Virus record (IMG/VR): IMGVR_UViG_3300012031_000027
Location: 1-40,775 of that record
Strand: one strand, 5' to 3'
DNA length: 40,775 nt
DNA from: a virus
Taxonomy: Duplodnaviria; Caudoviricetes
Shown here: piece by piece, positions 25,940 to 35,042 of the stretch
How positions within the stretch are numbered: the first letter of the stretch is position 1
How the letters are laid out: every line of letters starts with the position of its first letter
Translations under genes and position numbers: made by a program
The notes under the pieces: model-generated
Database searches by the model: none
What the model was told of the DNA's origin: nothing
The model's input: only the letters and a program-made list of their open reading frames with translations

Positions 25940-26824
25940 TTAGATCCTTATCGTAAATCTGTTAGGTGTAGTTTCTAGTATTTTGTTAGATACGTCAATT
26001 TGTACTATTTTTATAGAATTATCAATCTGTATTGTAAAATCGATAGTTACCTGTTCCGCCGTTGCGTTGCCTTGAAATACTAAAGATGGCAGAGTAATTG
26101 CGCCGGCGGCTGTTAGTGGCTCAACCGCTGGCACAGTTAACGCGGTTAGGTATTCCTCTAAGCCTAAAGAGGTTTGCTCATCTAAAAAACCCTCCACCAT
26201 TATGTAGCCGGTTGTTTTGGTAAATCCGCTTAAGGAAGATGTGAAGTATTTACCGTAAGAAAAAACTGATGGCCAATTTGCAAAATCTAACTCAGCTAAA
26301 ACTACATTCGAGCTCGCATACGAATTATATAAATCATTTCTTTTAAGAACAGATATAGTTGAACCAATAGAATCCCAGCGAATTGCATTAAGACCACGGT
26401 TAACTTCATTGTTAGTGTTATTCACAGAGGTGCTACTATCACCTTCCGCACCAGTAATACCCCAAGGGTTAGCCTGTTGCGAGTCAACTAATAAAAACGA
26501 TGTTTGTGCGGCATCCGGTAAATACGAAATACCTAGAGTGTTAACACCGTTCAACTGATACGGGATTATAATCTTGTCATCTACTTGATCGATTTCTAAC
26601 CACTGCACACCACCAACATCTCTATAAGTAGGCCTTTTTCTAGAAACTGATTGTGTTGCGTGATTACCATTACCAGACTTATCAAGAATCCTACTCACAG
26701 TTTGACCATCAGCCGTAACAGGAATTGTCCCCTCTTCATCTTGGAATAGTGTTGATATGTCTCTTAGCTCGTACCATGCGCCAACTTCACCGTTAGCGAA
26801 TAGGGTTGCTGGGTCAAATGACAT
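25940..26824 (-). CDS. LamG/ConA-like lectin-domain virion protein
   Basis: GAWY...D.STLFQD..G..PVTADGQ.V....DKSGNGNHATQ....RPTY motif; start reassigned to ATG 26824. Confidence 0.7.
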   Translation of the reverse strand: MSFDPATLFANGEVGAWYELRDISTLFQDEEGTIPVTADGQTVSRILDKSGNGNHATQSVSRKRPTYRDVGGVQWLEIDQVDDKIIIPYQLNGVNTLGISYLPDAAQTSFLLVDSQQANPWGITGAEGDSSTSVNNTNNEVNRGLNAIRWDSIGSTISVLKRNDLYNSYASSNVVLAELDFANWPSVFSYGKYFTSSLSGFTKTTGYIMVEGFLDEQTSLGLEEYLTALTVPAVEPLTAAGAITLPSLVFQGNATAEQVTIDFTIQIDNSIKIVQIDVSNKILETTPNRFTIRI

Positions 26825-26828
26825 TAAT

Positions 26829-28460
26829 TTAAAACGCGCCCGACGACTGCAAAGATAGCCCCGGCCCCATACTTCCACTCGTGACCTCTGCGCGCCCCGT
26901 TGCGTCGCGAATAGTAACCTCTGCGCTGCTGGTTGTGCGTGACTCTTCTATCGTGCGCGCGGTGCGTGCTTGTGGGCTTACTATTTGCGGCCCCGTGCCT
27001 GCACTGCCCGCGCCTGTTAATCCGTTAGGTGCGCTCGCTTGTGATTCGTCCGGGCCAAATCCGAAGAAATCCCCGACGCCACTGCCGATGTTACTTATAG
27101 TGCCCACGATAGCCGAAGCTGCGCCCTTAACCTTATCTACTACGCCCATTATTTTATTAACAGCTGAATCGAATATTTCTAATACACCGGCCCACAAATC
27201 TTTAAAAAATGATTTTATAGGCTCCCAACTTTTAAATATTAATCCAACTGCATCAATTAGCAAAAAAATAGGTTTAAGCATAAATTGTATAGCTTCTTGT
27301 AATGGACCAGGTAGTGATTTAAAAATTTCTTTTAATTTTACGAAGACGCTAATAACTTTATCTACCACCGCTTTGGCAAAACTAATTACAGCAGCTTTAA
27401 CCTCATCCCAAAAGAATATAAGCGCTGCGATTGCAGCTATTAGTAACAAAACCCCTATCACAATCAACGTTATCGGGTTAGCTGCCAAAACTAAATTAAC
27501 AGCCGTCATCACAAGCACTAAGGTTTTAAGTACCGCAGCTAGTGTGAAAAATACTAAGAGTCCTATGCCTATCTTTTTAAGAACGTCAACTATCTCGTTA
27601 AAATTATCTACCAATTTACGGCCGAATTTAAATATGTCGCCGGCTACAATATCTTTGTTAGAAAGTGCCCATCCTCTAAAACCTTCTATGAGTTTTGTAA
27701 GCATAGGCATCATGGGTAGCAAAACAGTTTGAATAAACCCTGTCAGCGTCTTTTTAAGCGCGTTTGAGGCATCTAGGTAAGCCTCGGCTGCAATCGCCTG
27801 CGCCATGGTTATATTGCCGTTCTCGCGCTGCTGTTTACGTAACTTTTCTATGGCGCTAGCGCTATTGTCTGCGATGTTAACAAGCGCTAGGCCCGACCGG
27901 CTAAACGCGGCGTTTGCCAGCGCGGCTTTCTCGGTTGCAGTGTCTGCTGAGCGTATGGCATCAATCATTATCTCAAAAGACTGCGCTACATTTTTAGAGG
28001 CTTGTAATTGCTCTAACAATTCAGGGTTTAATTTTTTCAATCCTGATACTAAAGGACCTGTACCCCCAGCAGCTTCACCCAAGCGCTTTGTGAATGCGCC
28101 GAGTGAGTTACTTAATAACTCATTGGTTACGCCACTTTGTTCTGCTACAAATTGAAATTCTTGAAGTTCTTCTATGGGGAATTGAAGTCGCCTTGACTCT
28201 TTTGCTAACTTATCGGCTCTAGTAGCCACGGAATTAATAGCCAGTGTTAGACTAGCGACCGCCGCTGTTGCTACTACCGCGCCTGTTCTTAGCCCTGTGC
28301 CTAAGCTCGCAGACATGCGTCCTACTGCCCTGTTAGCAGTGCGCAGACCTCGCGCTATGGAACGTGTCATTTTACTTATACGGTTTTGCATACGAGAAAC
28401 GGGAGCAGTAACTCTGTCGACCGCTTTAAATACTGCTTCTACACTAAAACGTCCCGCCAT
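26829..28460 (-). CDS. Tape measure protein
   Basis: 543 aa Ala/Leu-rich helical protein with ANPI..I hydrophobic segment and periodic W/F; follows the chaperones. Confidence 0.88.
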   Translation of the reverse strand: MAGRFSVEAVFKAVDRVTAPVSRMQNRISKMTRSIARGLRTANRAVGRMSASLGTGLRTGAVVATAAVASLTLAINSVATRADKLAKESRRLQFPIEELQEFQFVAEQSGVTNELLSNSLGAFTKRLGEAAGGTGPLVSGLKKLNPELLEQLQASKNVAQSFEIMIDAIRSADTATEKAALANAAFSRSGLALVNIADNSASAIEKLRKQQRENGNITMAQAIAAEAYLDASNALKKTLTGFIQTVLLPMMPMLTKLIEGFRGWALSNKDIVAGDIFKFGRKLVDNFNEIVDVLKKIGIGLLVFFTLAAVLKTLVLVMTAVNLVLAANPITLIVIGVLLLIAAIAALIFFWDEVKAAVISFAKAVVDKVISVFVKLKEIFKSLPGPLQEAIQFMLKPIFLLIDAVGLIFKSWEPIKSFFKDLWAGVLEIFDSAVNKIMGVVDKVKGAASAIVGTISNIGSGVGDFFGFGPDESQASAPNGLTGAGSAGTGPQIVSPQARTARTIEESRTTSSAEVTIRDATGRAEVTSGSMGPGLSLQSSGAF

Positions 28461-28468
28461 ACATGCTC

Positions 28469-28682
28469 CTATTTTGCTCTTGTGTGCGCTTTTAGCTCTT
28501 CACGCAAGCCCTCGTAAAAAAATCTTATTTCATGCGCTAGCAGTTCTCTGGGGTCCGGTAGCCCCGGGTAGTCGCGACATATTTGTAATAACATTTCTGT
28601 ATATACATTTTGCATAGTGTGACCGCCCTTTGGGATAGCCTCGTCTGCGCCGCGCCTTACTAGTCTTGTCCGGACTAACCCA
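28469..28682 (-). CDS. -1 frameshift extension of the tail assembly chaperone (gpGT/E+E'-like)
   Basis: Slippery CTT TTT TTG lies before the chaperone stop. The -1 frame stays open for ~70 codons (...MLLQICRDYPGLPDPRELLAHEIRFFYEGLREEL...) to a TAG just before the TMP SD. Confidence 0.8.
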
Positions 28683-29082
28683 AAAAAAGCGTGGTAATTG
28701 CCATGCAGATCCTTAAGTCGGCCATCTTCATTTTGCTAAATACATTCGCGTGGGTCTTTGTTATCTCGCCCATGGCCGCATAGAGTTTACCAATGTCCTC
28801 GGTTTTCTTTTTGCGATCCATTGCCATGAGTGCCGAGCCCGTCGCTTCATAGAATGTGATTGGTTCAGCGTCGTTTGTTCGTTGCGGCGTATAAATCGGC
28901 TCGCCCTTATCGCTAACAATTAATGAACCATTCTGTATGGCCAGAATTATTTTTCTTTTTTGTTGATCAAAACCTTTTTTATCGTCCTCGTCCATATCCG
29001 CCGGCTCAACATCAAGATCCATTGCATCCACAAATCTAAGGAATTCCGCTTCTGCTACTTCTTTTACTACTACATCATTCAT
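28675..29082 (-). CDS. Tail assembly chaperone
   Basis: 135 aa between tube and TMP; ends ...FLG at the slippery site. Confidence 0.82.
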   Translation of the reverse strand: MNDVVVKEVAEAEFLRFVDAMDLDVEPADMDEDDKKGFDQQKRKIILAIQNGSLIVSDKGEPIYTPQRTNDAEPITFYEATGSALMAMDRKKKTEDIGKLYAAMGEITKTHANVFSKMKMADLRICMAITTLFLG

Positions 29083-29182
29083 AATTTAGCCCTATTTGCT
29101 TAATTAATTGAGTGTCACGCCCTGCCGCAAAGCAGGCGAAGGGGATAGGGCGCCCGCGCAACATATTGCCCTATAACTTAAT

Positions 29183-29566
29183 TTATTGCTGAGTTAAAAC
29201 GCCCGGCCCCATAAGATTAACGGCCGCTGTTGCGTTCTGGCTACTTGCCTGAGTCTCGCCAACTATCTGAGCTGTTCCCTGATAATCTTTACCCGAGGCG
29301 TAAGAGATAACAATCGGAAAAAAATCCGGGCTATCACTTAGCTCTTGCAAAAACTCTTGATCCGCACGGTCGTCGTCAATCTCTAACATTAATCCATCTA
29401 TCGACAACGGTACTCGCGTTTTTATTAATCGCGCCGTGCCGTTCCCGTTCGCTTGGACTTCGTTCTCAAACCCGCCGAGCTTGCGCTGGGCTTCCGCGTC
29501 CGCTGCGACCGCAAAATTGCGGCCGGCCAGTGTAACGCTTTCAATGCTTCCGCCTACTGCTGACAT
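29183..29566 (-). CDS. Tail tube protein
   Basis: 127 aa directly downstream of the sheath; GGAG SD. Confidence 0.75.
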   Translation of the reverse strand: MSAVGGSIESVTLAGRNFAVAADAEAQRKLGGFENEVQANGNGTARLIKTRVPLSIDGLMLEIDDDRADQEFLQELSDSPDFFPIVISYASGKDYQGTAQIVGETQASSQNATAAVNLMGPGVLTQQ

Positions 29567-29581
29567 GTTATATGACTCCTG

Positions 29582-31078
29582 TTACGCTACGACTGTGGCC
29601 GTACCAAAGAAAAATCCAAAGTTTAAGTCCACAGAAATTATATTTGCATTTCCGCTTAATTGAACCGTGATTGATAAGTCGAGGCGCTTTGGATTCTGCG
29701 CGTTTATCTGCGCTATCGTGTTCGCCTTGGCTGTTGTTGGATCGCTTATAATAGCGTTTAACCCTAGACTATCAAGCAATGACGCTACCGCCGCAACTGC
29801 TGACTTGGGTTTTTTCGCCAAACGGTTAACAGTTGGCTGGTTATCTGGTATTAGAGGCGCACCGTCCCATTCCGGCGTTGCGAAAATTAGATCTAAATTA
29901 AATATAATGTTTTGCAGTTTAACAATGTCCGCAACGTAGCGATACGCGGGGGCCGGGTCGCCGCTCGGATTAAAGAAAGTAACAACGTCGCCTATGTTGA
30001 CAACGCCATCTTTAACAATAATCGATGAACTACCTTTTTTAATCGCCTCGTCGCGCTGCAAATAAGTCCACTGCTCTCCATCCGTTCCGGGCGTTAAGCC
30101 GGTTGCGTCTTGGCTGCCGTAATCCTGTGGCGGGTTACTATTAGCTACTTTAACAATCCGAGCTAACTGTCTGGCCGCTGTCATTAGCGGCAAGTCTTTA
30201 GAGCCCGGCGCTACTAACTGAGCGTTAACTCGGTCGGTTTTCCGTGCGTCTGAAACTGCTGTTGCTGCTGAAACTCCCGCCGCCGTATTACCTGTGAAAA
30301 CGACTATCGGTTTGCGCACTAGAGCGCCCCATCGCCCTTCGCCAAATACAGTGTACTTGCCCAAAGAAGTTGTATCGGCAATGTCCATGCAGTTAAGTAC
30401 CATGGTTTCCCAAACGTTGCCGACCTGATTTAAAGCAACGTCAACATCCGGATTTACAAGGCCACCCTCAGGCTGAGTGAACGCAAAAGAAACACCCGCG
30501 TCCGTTGGCCCGATAACTTCAATTATTAGGTCGTTAGAGCTTGTACCCTTCCATTTCGCGGTAATGTCGACTTTAGTTGTATCATCAACCGCTATCACGG
30601 GTATTTCCAAAGTAGCGTTAACCGCTGCAGTTATAGAGGCACATATTGCGGCCACGCTTGCGCCGGCGGCAATAACAAATTGCTGCGAACTAATGTTATT
30701 AATTTTAACTACGTACGCGCCTGAGGTAGTGACCGTACCGCTGGGCGTAATGTCTCCCGTTGCTGCAACACCGCTGCCCGCATCTTCAAGCGGGTAAACT
30801 GTGACTGGGATAGTCCCGACACCATCGCCATTCGTCGGCAAAAGCTGCAATAGTGCTAGATGGATCGGAGATCCAAACCCATAAATGGTCGCTGCCTGCG
30901 TTGCGCTAGTCACTTGTTGTTTTGTGGTTGCATATGTCGACGCTGTAGAGCCTTGGCCCACAACCGCGACACGCTGAGGCAGAAATAAAACACCACCCGC
31001 CCGTAAGTCTTTAAATATTGTTTTTATGCCGACCACGCGAGCGACGGCGGAGGCATCTACTGCTGAGCTAATAGCCAT
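29582..31078 (-). CDS. Tail sheath protein (Mu gpL-like)
   Basis: A..IYGFGS, A.G.IT, ITAKWKG..N and NPKRLD motifs; start reassigned to 31078 with AGGAG SD. Confidence 0.88.
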   Translation of the reverse strand: MAISSAVDASAVARVVGIKTIFKDLRAGGVLFLPQRVAVVGQGSTASTYATTKQQVTSATQAATIYGFGSPIHLALLQLLPTNGDGVGTIPVTVYPLEDAGSGVAATGDITPSGTVTTSGAYVVKINNISSQQFVIAAGASVAAICASITAAVNATLEIPVIAVDDTTKVDITAKWKGTSSNDLIIEVIGPTDAGVSFAFTQPEGGLVNPDVDVALNQVGNVWETMVLNCMDIADTTSLGKYTVFGEGRWGALVRKPIVVFTGNTAAGVSAATAVSDARKTDRVNAQLVAPGSKDLPLMTAARQLARIVKVANSNPPQDYGSQDATGLTPGTDGEQWTYLQRDEAIKKGSSSIIVKDGVVNIGDVVTFFNPSGDPAPAYRYVADIVKLQNIIFNLDLIFATPEWDGAPLIPDNQPTVNRLAKKPKSAVAAVASLLDSLGLNAIISDPTTAKANTIAQINAQNPKRLDLSITVQLSGNANIISVDLNFGFFFGTATVVA

Positions 31079-31079
31079 G

Positions 31080-31748
31080 CTATATTCTCCTGTCAATGTT
31101 ATTAAATTGATTCCCTTTTGACAGATTCGCATAAGCGGTTAAAATCTGCAAATTATCAGGAACATGTAGTCCAGATACAAACCGCCCGTTTAACGGGATA
31201 ACGTGGTCAACGTGGTGTTTTACTCCGGTCGCTTCGGTCATTCGACTAGCTTCTTTATACATTGCTTGTATTGCCTTGTAGTCGTCGCTAGATAACCACA
31301 TGGGTGTACGCTTTATCCTGGCCGCCCGTCTCCTAGCTGTTTTAGCTCGGTTTTTATCTGGGTTTTCGGCTCTCCACTCCCGGCCATACTGGGCCGAATG
31401 CTCGGGGTTCTTTTCTCGCCATTCGCTAGAACATTCGTTCTTTTTAACTTTGTTTTCTTTCGCCCATTTAGCGTTCTTACTCTTATAGGAGATTTTATTC
31501 TCCTGGTAGTGCTGTTTTTTGGCGGCGATTAAACTATCGCGGTTTTCGCTCCGGTACTGTTTTTGTCCGGCTTTTAACTTATCTTTATTTTCAGCGTAAT
31601 AATTTTTACCGTAATCGCTGTTATATTCCGATTCGCATTTTAAGCATTTTCCCGACGACGTGCGACGGTCGTTGGTATGCTGATACTTACAAGGTTTACC
31701 AGTGTTATAGAATTCTAAACCTTGCGTTTTTGCTTCGGCTCTTTTCAT
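31080..31748 (-). CDS. Free-standing HNH homing endonuclease
   Basis: YNTGKPC..H..R....C..C N-terminal motif and HVDHVIPL.G..VSGLHVP.NLQIL....N..K.N. Confidence 0.9.
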   Translation of the reverse strand: MKRAEAKTQGLEFYNTGKPCKYQHTNDRRTSSGKCLKCESEYNSDYGKNYYAENKDKLKAGQKQYRSENRDSLIAAKKQHYQENKISYKSKNAKWAKENKVKKNECSSEWREKNPEHSAQYGREWRAENPDKNRAKTARRRAARIKRTPMWLSSDDYKAIQAMYKEASRMTEATGVKHHVDHVIPLNGRFVSGLHVPDNLQILTAYANLSKGNQFNNIDRRI

Positions 31749-31754
31749 AATAAA

Positions 31755-32426
31755 TTATGGCGCTGTATAATCGTAGTCAGCTTCCAGAACGATCTCGCCG
31801 TCCTCTGTTCTGATCACATCTACTGATAGAAGTTCCAAATCCACAGATTCAACCTGCGGCGAGAACTCATTAAATACTACACGAAACGCCAGCCGAGCGC
31901 CTACTATTTGTTGGATCTGTCTGGCGTCAAGTTGAGGCTGAAATGCTGTTATTGACTGGGGCATACGATGCCAAACCGTGCCACGCAATGCTAAATAGGT
32001 GTACTCGGCTGACATTAAGATATTGCGTACCAGTCTCAACGCTCTTTGAACTTCGAAAGACGCTTCTCTGTCGCCAGGTATATGCCCTGTTGCGCCGTCG
32101 TCGCGACTTCTGCCGTATCCGTAACAATCTATGTTATAAACTGTTTCGGACGCTTGACGTTCTATTATGTTACTTTTACTTGAGTCAAAACTGGAATTAT
32201 CAAACCACACATTAACTAGCGGGCTTATGTCTGCAGGTTCGTTAAGAAACTCTTCCCATGGGTTCGAGCGCTCAGTAAATATGCGCAGCTTCCAATCGTT
32301 TGGATTTTTTCCCGCATACGTTGCGAGCTGCATCTGGCCGGCTATTTCGGTTGTGAGTATCGCCGCTATCCGGTCGCGCACTATTTCAAACGTGTCTTGC
32401 TTGTCTATTAGAGTAGATATAGTCAT
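31755..32426 (-). CDS. Putative tail terminator/neck protein
   Basis: 223 aa between the head-closure gene and the sheath; VRD.I..IL..E start motif. Confidence 0.6.
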   Translation of the reverse strand: MTISTLIDKQDTFEIVRDRIAAILTTEIAGQMQLATYAGKNPNDWKLRIFTERSNPWEEFLNEPADISPLVNVWFDNSSFDSSKSNIIERQASETVYNIDCYGYGRSRDDGATGHIPGDREASFEVQRALRLVRNILMSAEYTYLALRGTVWHRMPQSITAFQPQLDARQIQQIVGARLAFRVVFNEFSPQVESVDLELLSVDVIRTEDGEIVLEADYDYTAP

Positions 32427-32806
32427 AACACGTATAACTCCAACATAAGCGTAACTAACCCGAGCGCTCTGTCCGGGTTAGACTGTGACACTTTAAACGT
32501 GAACGGATTGCCGTTAATATCGTTAAATTGCACAAGCCACGGTTTTATCCCTGCGTCTGCTATCCCGCGTGGCAATTCTAGCCCGGCGGAAATTATTGAA
32601 CTCGTTCTTAATGCTACTGACGCGAGGCGCCCACTTACGGCTATTCCAGTATCAGGGTCGATAATCTGCGCTATATCGTCTGAAAAACCCGTAAGTGCTC
32701 TGACTGTTCCAGCGGGGTCGGTCAAAGTTATGTCGTAACCAAAGCCCCGGTCCTTATCTTCTAAGATAAGTCCGAGGTCTGCTTCTGCTTGTTCGCGAAG
32801 TCCCAT
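32423..32806 (-). CDS. Putative head-closure (gpFII-like) protein
   Basis: 127-aa beta-rich protein; D.DTG..V.G motif and synteny. Confidence 0.6.
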   Translation of the reverse strand: MGLREQAEADLGLILEDKDRGFGYDITLTDPAGTVRALTGFSDDIAQIIDPDTGIAVSGRLASVALRTSSIISAGLELPRGIADAGIKPWLVQFNDINGNPFTFKVSQSNPDRALGLVTLMLELYVL

Positions 32807-32809
32807 CTT

Positions 32810-33124
32810 TTAAGCTTGGCCGATGTGCTTAGATTTTATAAACGCTTTAAACGCTACTTCGCCGCCGGATAAGTCTTTGGCTTCAATCTTTTCGCCTGCC
32901 GCTATAATCCCTCGTTTAGTTGTTATCGCCTTCCGAGGCATGACTTTAAATCCAGTTTCTTCGGGTTCGGTTTCGCCCGGGGCTTCTTCGGCTTGCTTTG
33001 CTTTAAAATCTTTTAAAACGGCGGACAATTGGCTGTTGTTTAACCCTTCAAGTTCCGGCGTTTTAACATCTCGCTCCGCGCAAATTGTCGCGATAGCAAA
33101 GGTTAATTCTTTATTACTGGCCAT
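32810..33124 (-). CDS. Hypothetical protein downstream of the capsid gene
   Basis: 104 aa, ATAGGG SD; occupies the gpFI-like position. Confidence 0.65.
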   Translation of the reverse strand: MASNKELTFAIATICAERDVKTPELEGLNNSQLSAVLKDFKAKQAEEAPGETEPEETGFKVMPRKAITTKRGIIAAGEKIEAKDLSGGEVAFKAFIKSKHIGQA

Positions 33125-33144
33125 GGTATTTATTCCCTATTTAT

Positions 33145-33171
33145 AAAAAAGGCTCGGGGCGAACCCCGAGT
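33145..33171 (-). terminator. Rho-independent terminator after the major capsid gene
   Basis: Minus strand CTCGGGG-TTCG-CCCCGAG-CCTTTTTT. Confidence 0.88.
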
Positions 33172-33183
33172 AATTAGTTTATT

Positions 33184-34281
33184 TTAAAGCTGAGTAATTA
33201 AACAGCCGTAGGTATCGATTGCAGTTGGGATCATAAGTGGTCTTGCACCTACGCCACCGTACAATTGCTCGCCGTCATTTGTCAGCCATGCGTTAGTGAA
33301 TAAATCCATTCCGCCCGCTGAGTTGCTTAAACGGCCAGGCAACTCTGGCAATAGGTTAGTAGACTGTCCACCAACTAGCGTTCCGATGTTAGGGATAGCG
33401 CCGAACGTTGCATCCATGCGACCTAATGAAGAACGAACAATAACATTCCCCGGGTCGATAAATGAAGTTTTAACGCCATCTGACGGATTAGTGTATTTGC
33501 CGCCATACGTCCACAAATCAAAACGATAGTTGCCAATCTCAACCATGCCTCGGTAAGAACCGCCGCCGCCGCGCATTTCCATAGGTGCTACGGTGCCTAA
33601 ATCAATACGTCTGATATCAAAGCGCTTTTGAACGTCTTCGTTACTAATGAATTTCTCAAAAGCATCGATACCCATGATTATTTGGTCAGGGTCCATCAAG
33701 CCGTCGTTACGAATAGCCTCGGCCAGTTCGCTAATATCGCCAATCATTTCCGCGCCCGTAGCTGTAGCCCATGAGGTTCCAGCGGTGGGGAAATGCGAAG
33801 CCTTTGGCTTATAATCTAGCGTATATAACGCCACGCCATTAGAATCAGTTAGCGTTAACTCGCCCGTCTGCAAAACTTGCGACGCTTGTAGCTCAACTGA
33901 ACGCCTAATCTTACGCTCAATTTTAGTAATGCCATTGAACAAACGCAAAATTACGTTAGCTCTAAAGTCGGGGGACTCAAAAGGATTTTGACCAGGCATT
34001 CGCTTAATCAGATCAAATGAATTAAGCGGGATTGCTTCTTTATGAATAGGAGGCTTAAAACCTTTATTAGTATAGAGGTCTTCTGCGTTCATACGGTAGC
34101 CCGTACTCAAGTCTTGTATAACGATTGATATATCTTCGTCGCAACGGACGATATCAATTTCAACTTCCTCAGTAGTGTGGAAATTCTCCGGCGGGCTTTG
34201 AAAAAATCCCGACAAAAAAAGCGTAGGCTGTGCCATTGACATATATGCCGACAACATGCGTTTTGTAGTAGAACCACTCAT
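33184..34281 (-). CDS. Major capsid protein (lambda gpE family)
   Basis: FL..FF, TEEVEID, F.PP..K, E.QA.Q.L.TG and RPLMIP motifs. Confidence 0.9.
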   Translation of the reverse strand: MSGSTTKRMLSAYMSMAQPTLFLSGFFQSPPENFHTTEEVEIDIVRCDEDISIVIQDLSTGYRMNAEDLYTNKGFKPPIHKEAIPLNSFDLIKRMPGQNPFESPDFRANVILRLFNGITKIERKIRRSVELQASQVLQTGELTLTDSNGVALYTLDYKPKASHFPTAGTSWATATGAEMIGDISELAEAIRNDGLMDPDQIIMGIDAFEKFISNEDVQKRFDIRRIDLGTVAPMEMRGGGGSYRGMVEIGNYRFDLWTYGGKYTNPSDGVKTSFIDPGNVIVRSSLGRMDATFGAIPNIGTLVGGQSTNLLPELPGRLSNSAGGMDLFTNAWLTNDGEQLYGGVGARPLMIPTAIDTYGCLITQL

Positions 34282-34293
34282 GTCATGCGCTCC

Positions 34294-34695
34294 TTATTGG
34301 TTATCAAGAATGTTTAATTCTTGAACGTCGATTGAAATTAATGAATAGTCGCGTAGCTGGTCAAGGACCGCGGCGTCTACGTTTGTGTTATCGCCGTCAG
34401 CATTTATGATCAACCGTCCTGAACGAACCGAACCCGACACCATCGCACGCACAGCAACATCACCTGCACCTGTTGACGTAACAGGGTAAGTTAGCACCGC
34501 TTTAGGTATGCCGTTAGCGTTAGTAGTTCCGCCCTTAACAAACGGGATTAGTTTTGAAGTAGAGGAATCACGCGCTAAAATAGTGCCCTCTGCTACAGTG
34601 GCAACGCCGCCAAAAGTAAGTAACTCATTACTAAACTGCGCATCTTCTAAAATTACGTTGCCTAAATCCACATTAGTTATTGCAATATTTGACAT
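34294..34695 (-). CDS. Head decoration protein (gpD-like)
   Basis: GTILA, P.AVL and LR...I motifs; lies between protease and capsid genes. Confidence 0.75.
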   Translation of the reverse strand: MSNIAITNVDLGNVILEDAQFSNELLTFGGVATVAEGTILARDSSTSKLIPFVKGGTTNANGIPKAVLTYPVTSTGAGDVAVRAMVSGSVRSGRLIINADGDNTNVDAAVLDQLRDYSLISIDVQELNILDNQ

Positions 34696-34700
34696 GATAC

Positions 34701-35042
34701 TTATGCTCCTATGCCGAGACGGGCTTCGATTAAGGTAGCAACATCACCACCCTTATCGTCATTGTCCGCTTCAGTTGCGTTGTCGCCTGCGTTAGCGTCT
34801 AAATCCTCACGCTGACGGGCTTCTATATCACCGCGATTCATGCCCGCAGTCATGTAAGTCGCCTGCAGTGTTGCGGTCATGTTAGCGCCGTTTTTAATCG
34901 AAGCACTGGCTGTTTTAGTATCGCCTGAACTTTCGCCCATTACTAAGTGTGCCGTGACCCTGTCGCGTTCTTCTGTTACGCCCTGTTGCACCGCCGCCGC
35001 GAATGTCTCGGGGTGCTGGGATTGTAGTTCTTTAAGGTCCAT
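34701..35042 (-). CDS. Nested in-frame scaffold protein (lambda Nu3-like)
   Basis: Internal GGAGG-N8-ATG (MDLKELQSQHPE...) in frame with the protease. Confidence 0.65.
   Translation of the reverse strand: MDLKELQSQHPETFAAAVQQGVTEERDRVTAHLVMGESSGDTKTASASIKNGANMTATLQATYMTAGMNRGDIEARQREDLDANAGDNATEADNDDKGGDVATLIEARLGIGA

Noticed and set aside
26881-27732. 283-aa plus-strand ORF and other long antisense ORFs (22194..22775, 23174..23746, 39958..40467, 10003..10521, 11015..11497)
   Set aside because: They shadow well-supported genes on the opposite strand and show no recognisable motifs.
31080-31748. Group I intron around the HNH gene
   Set aside because: Both flanking genes are uninterrupted and there is no non-coding space for an intron core.
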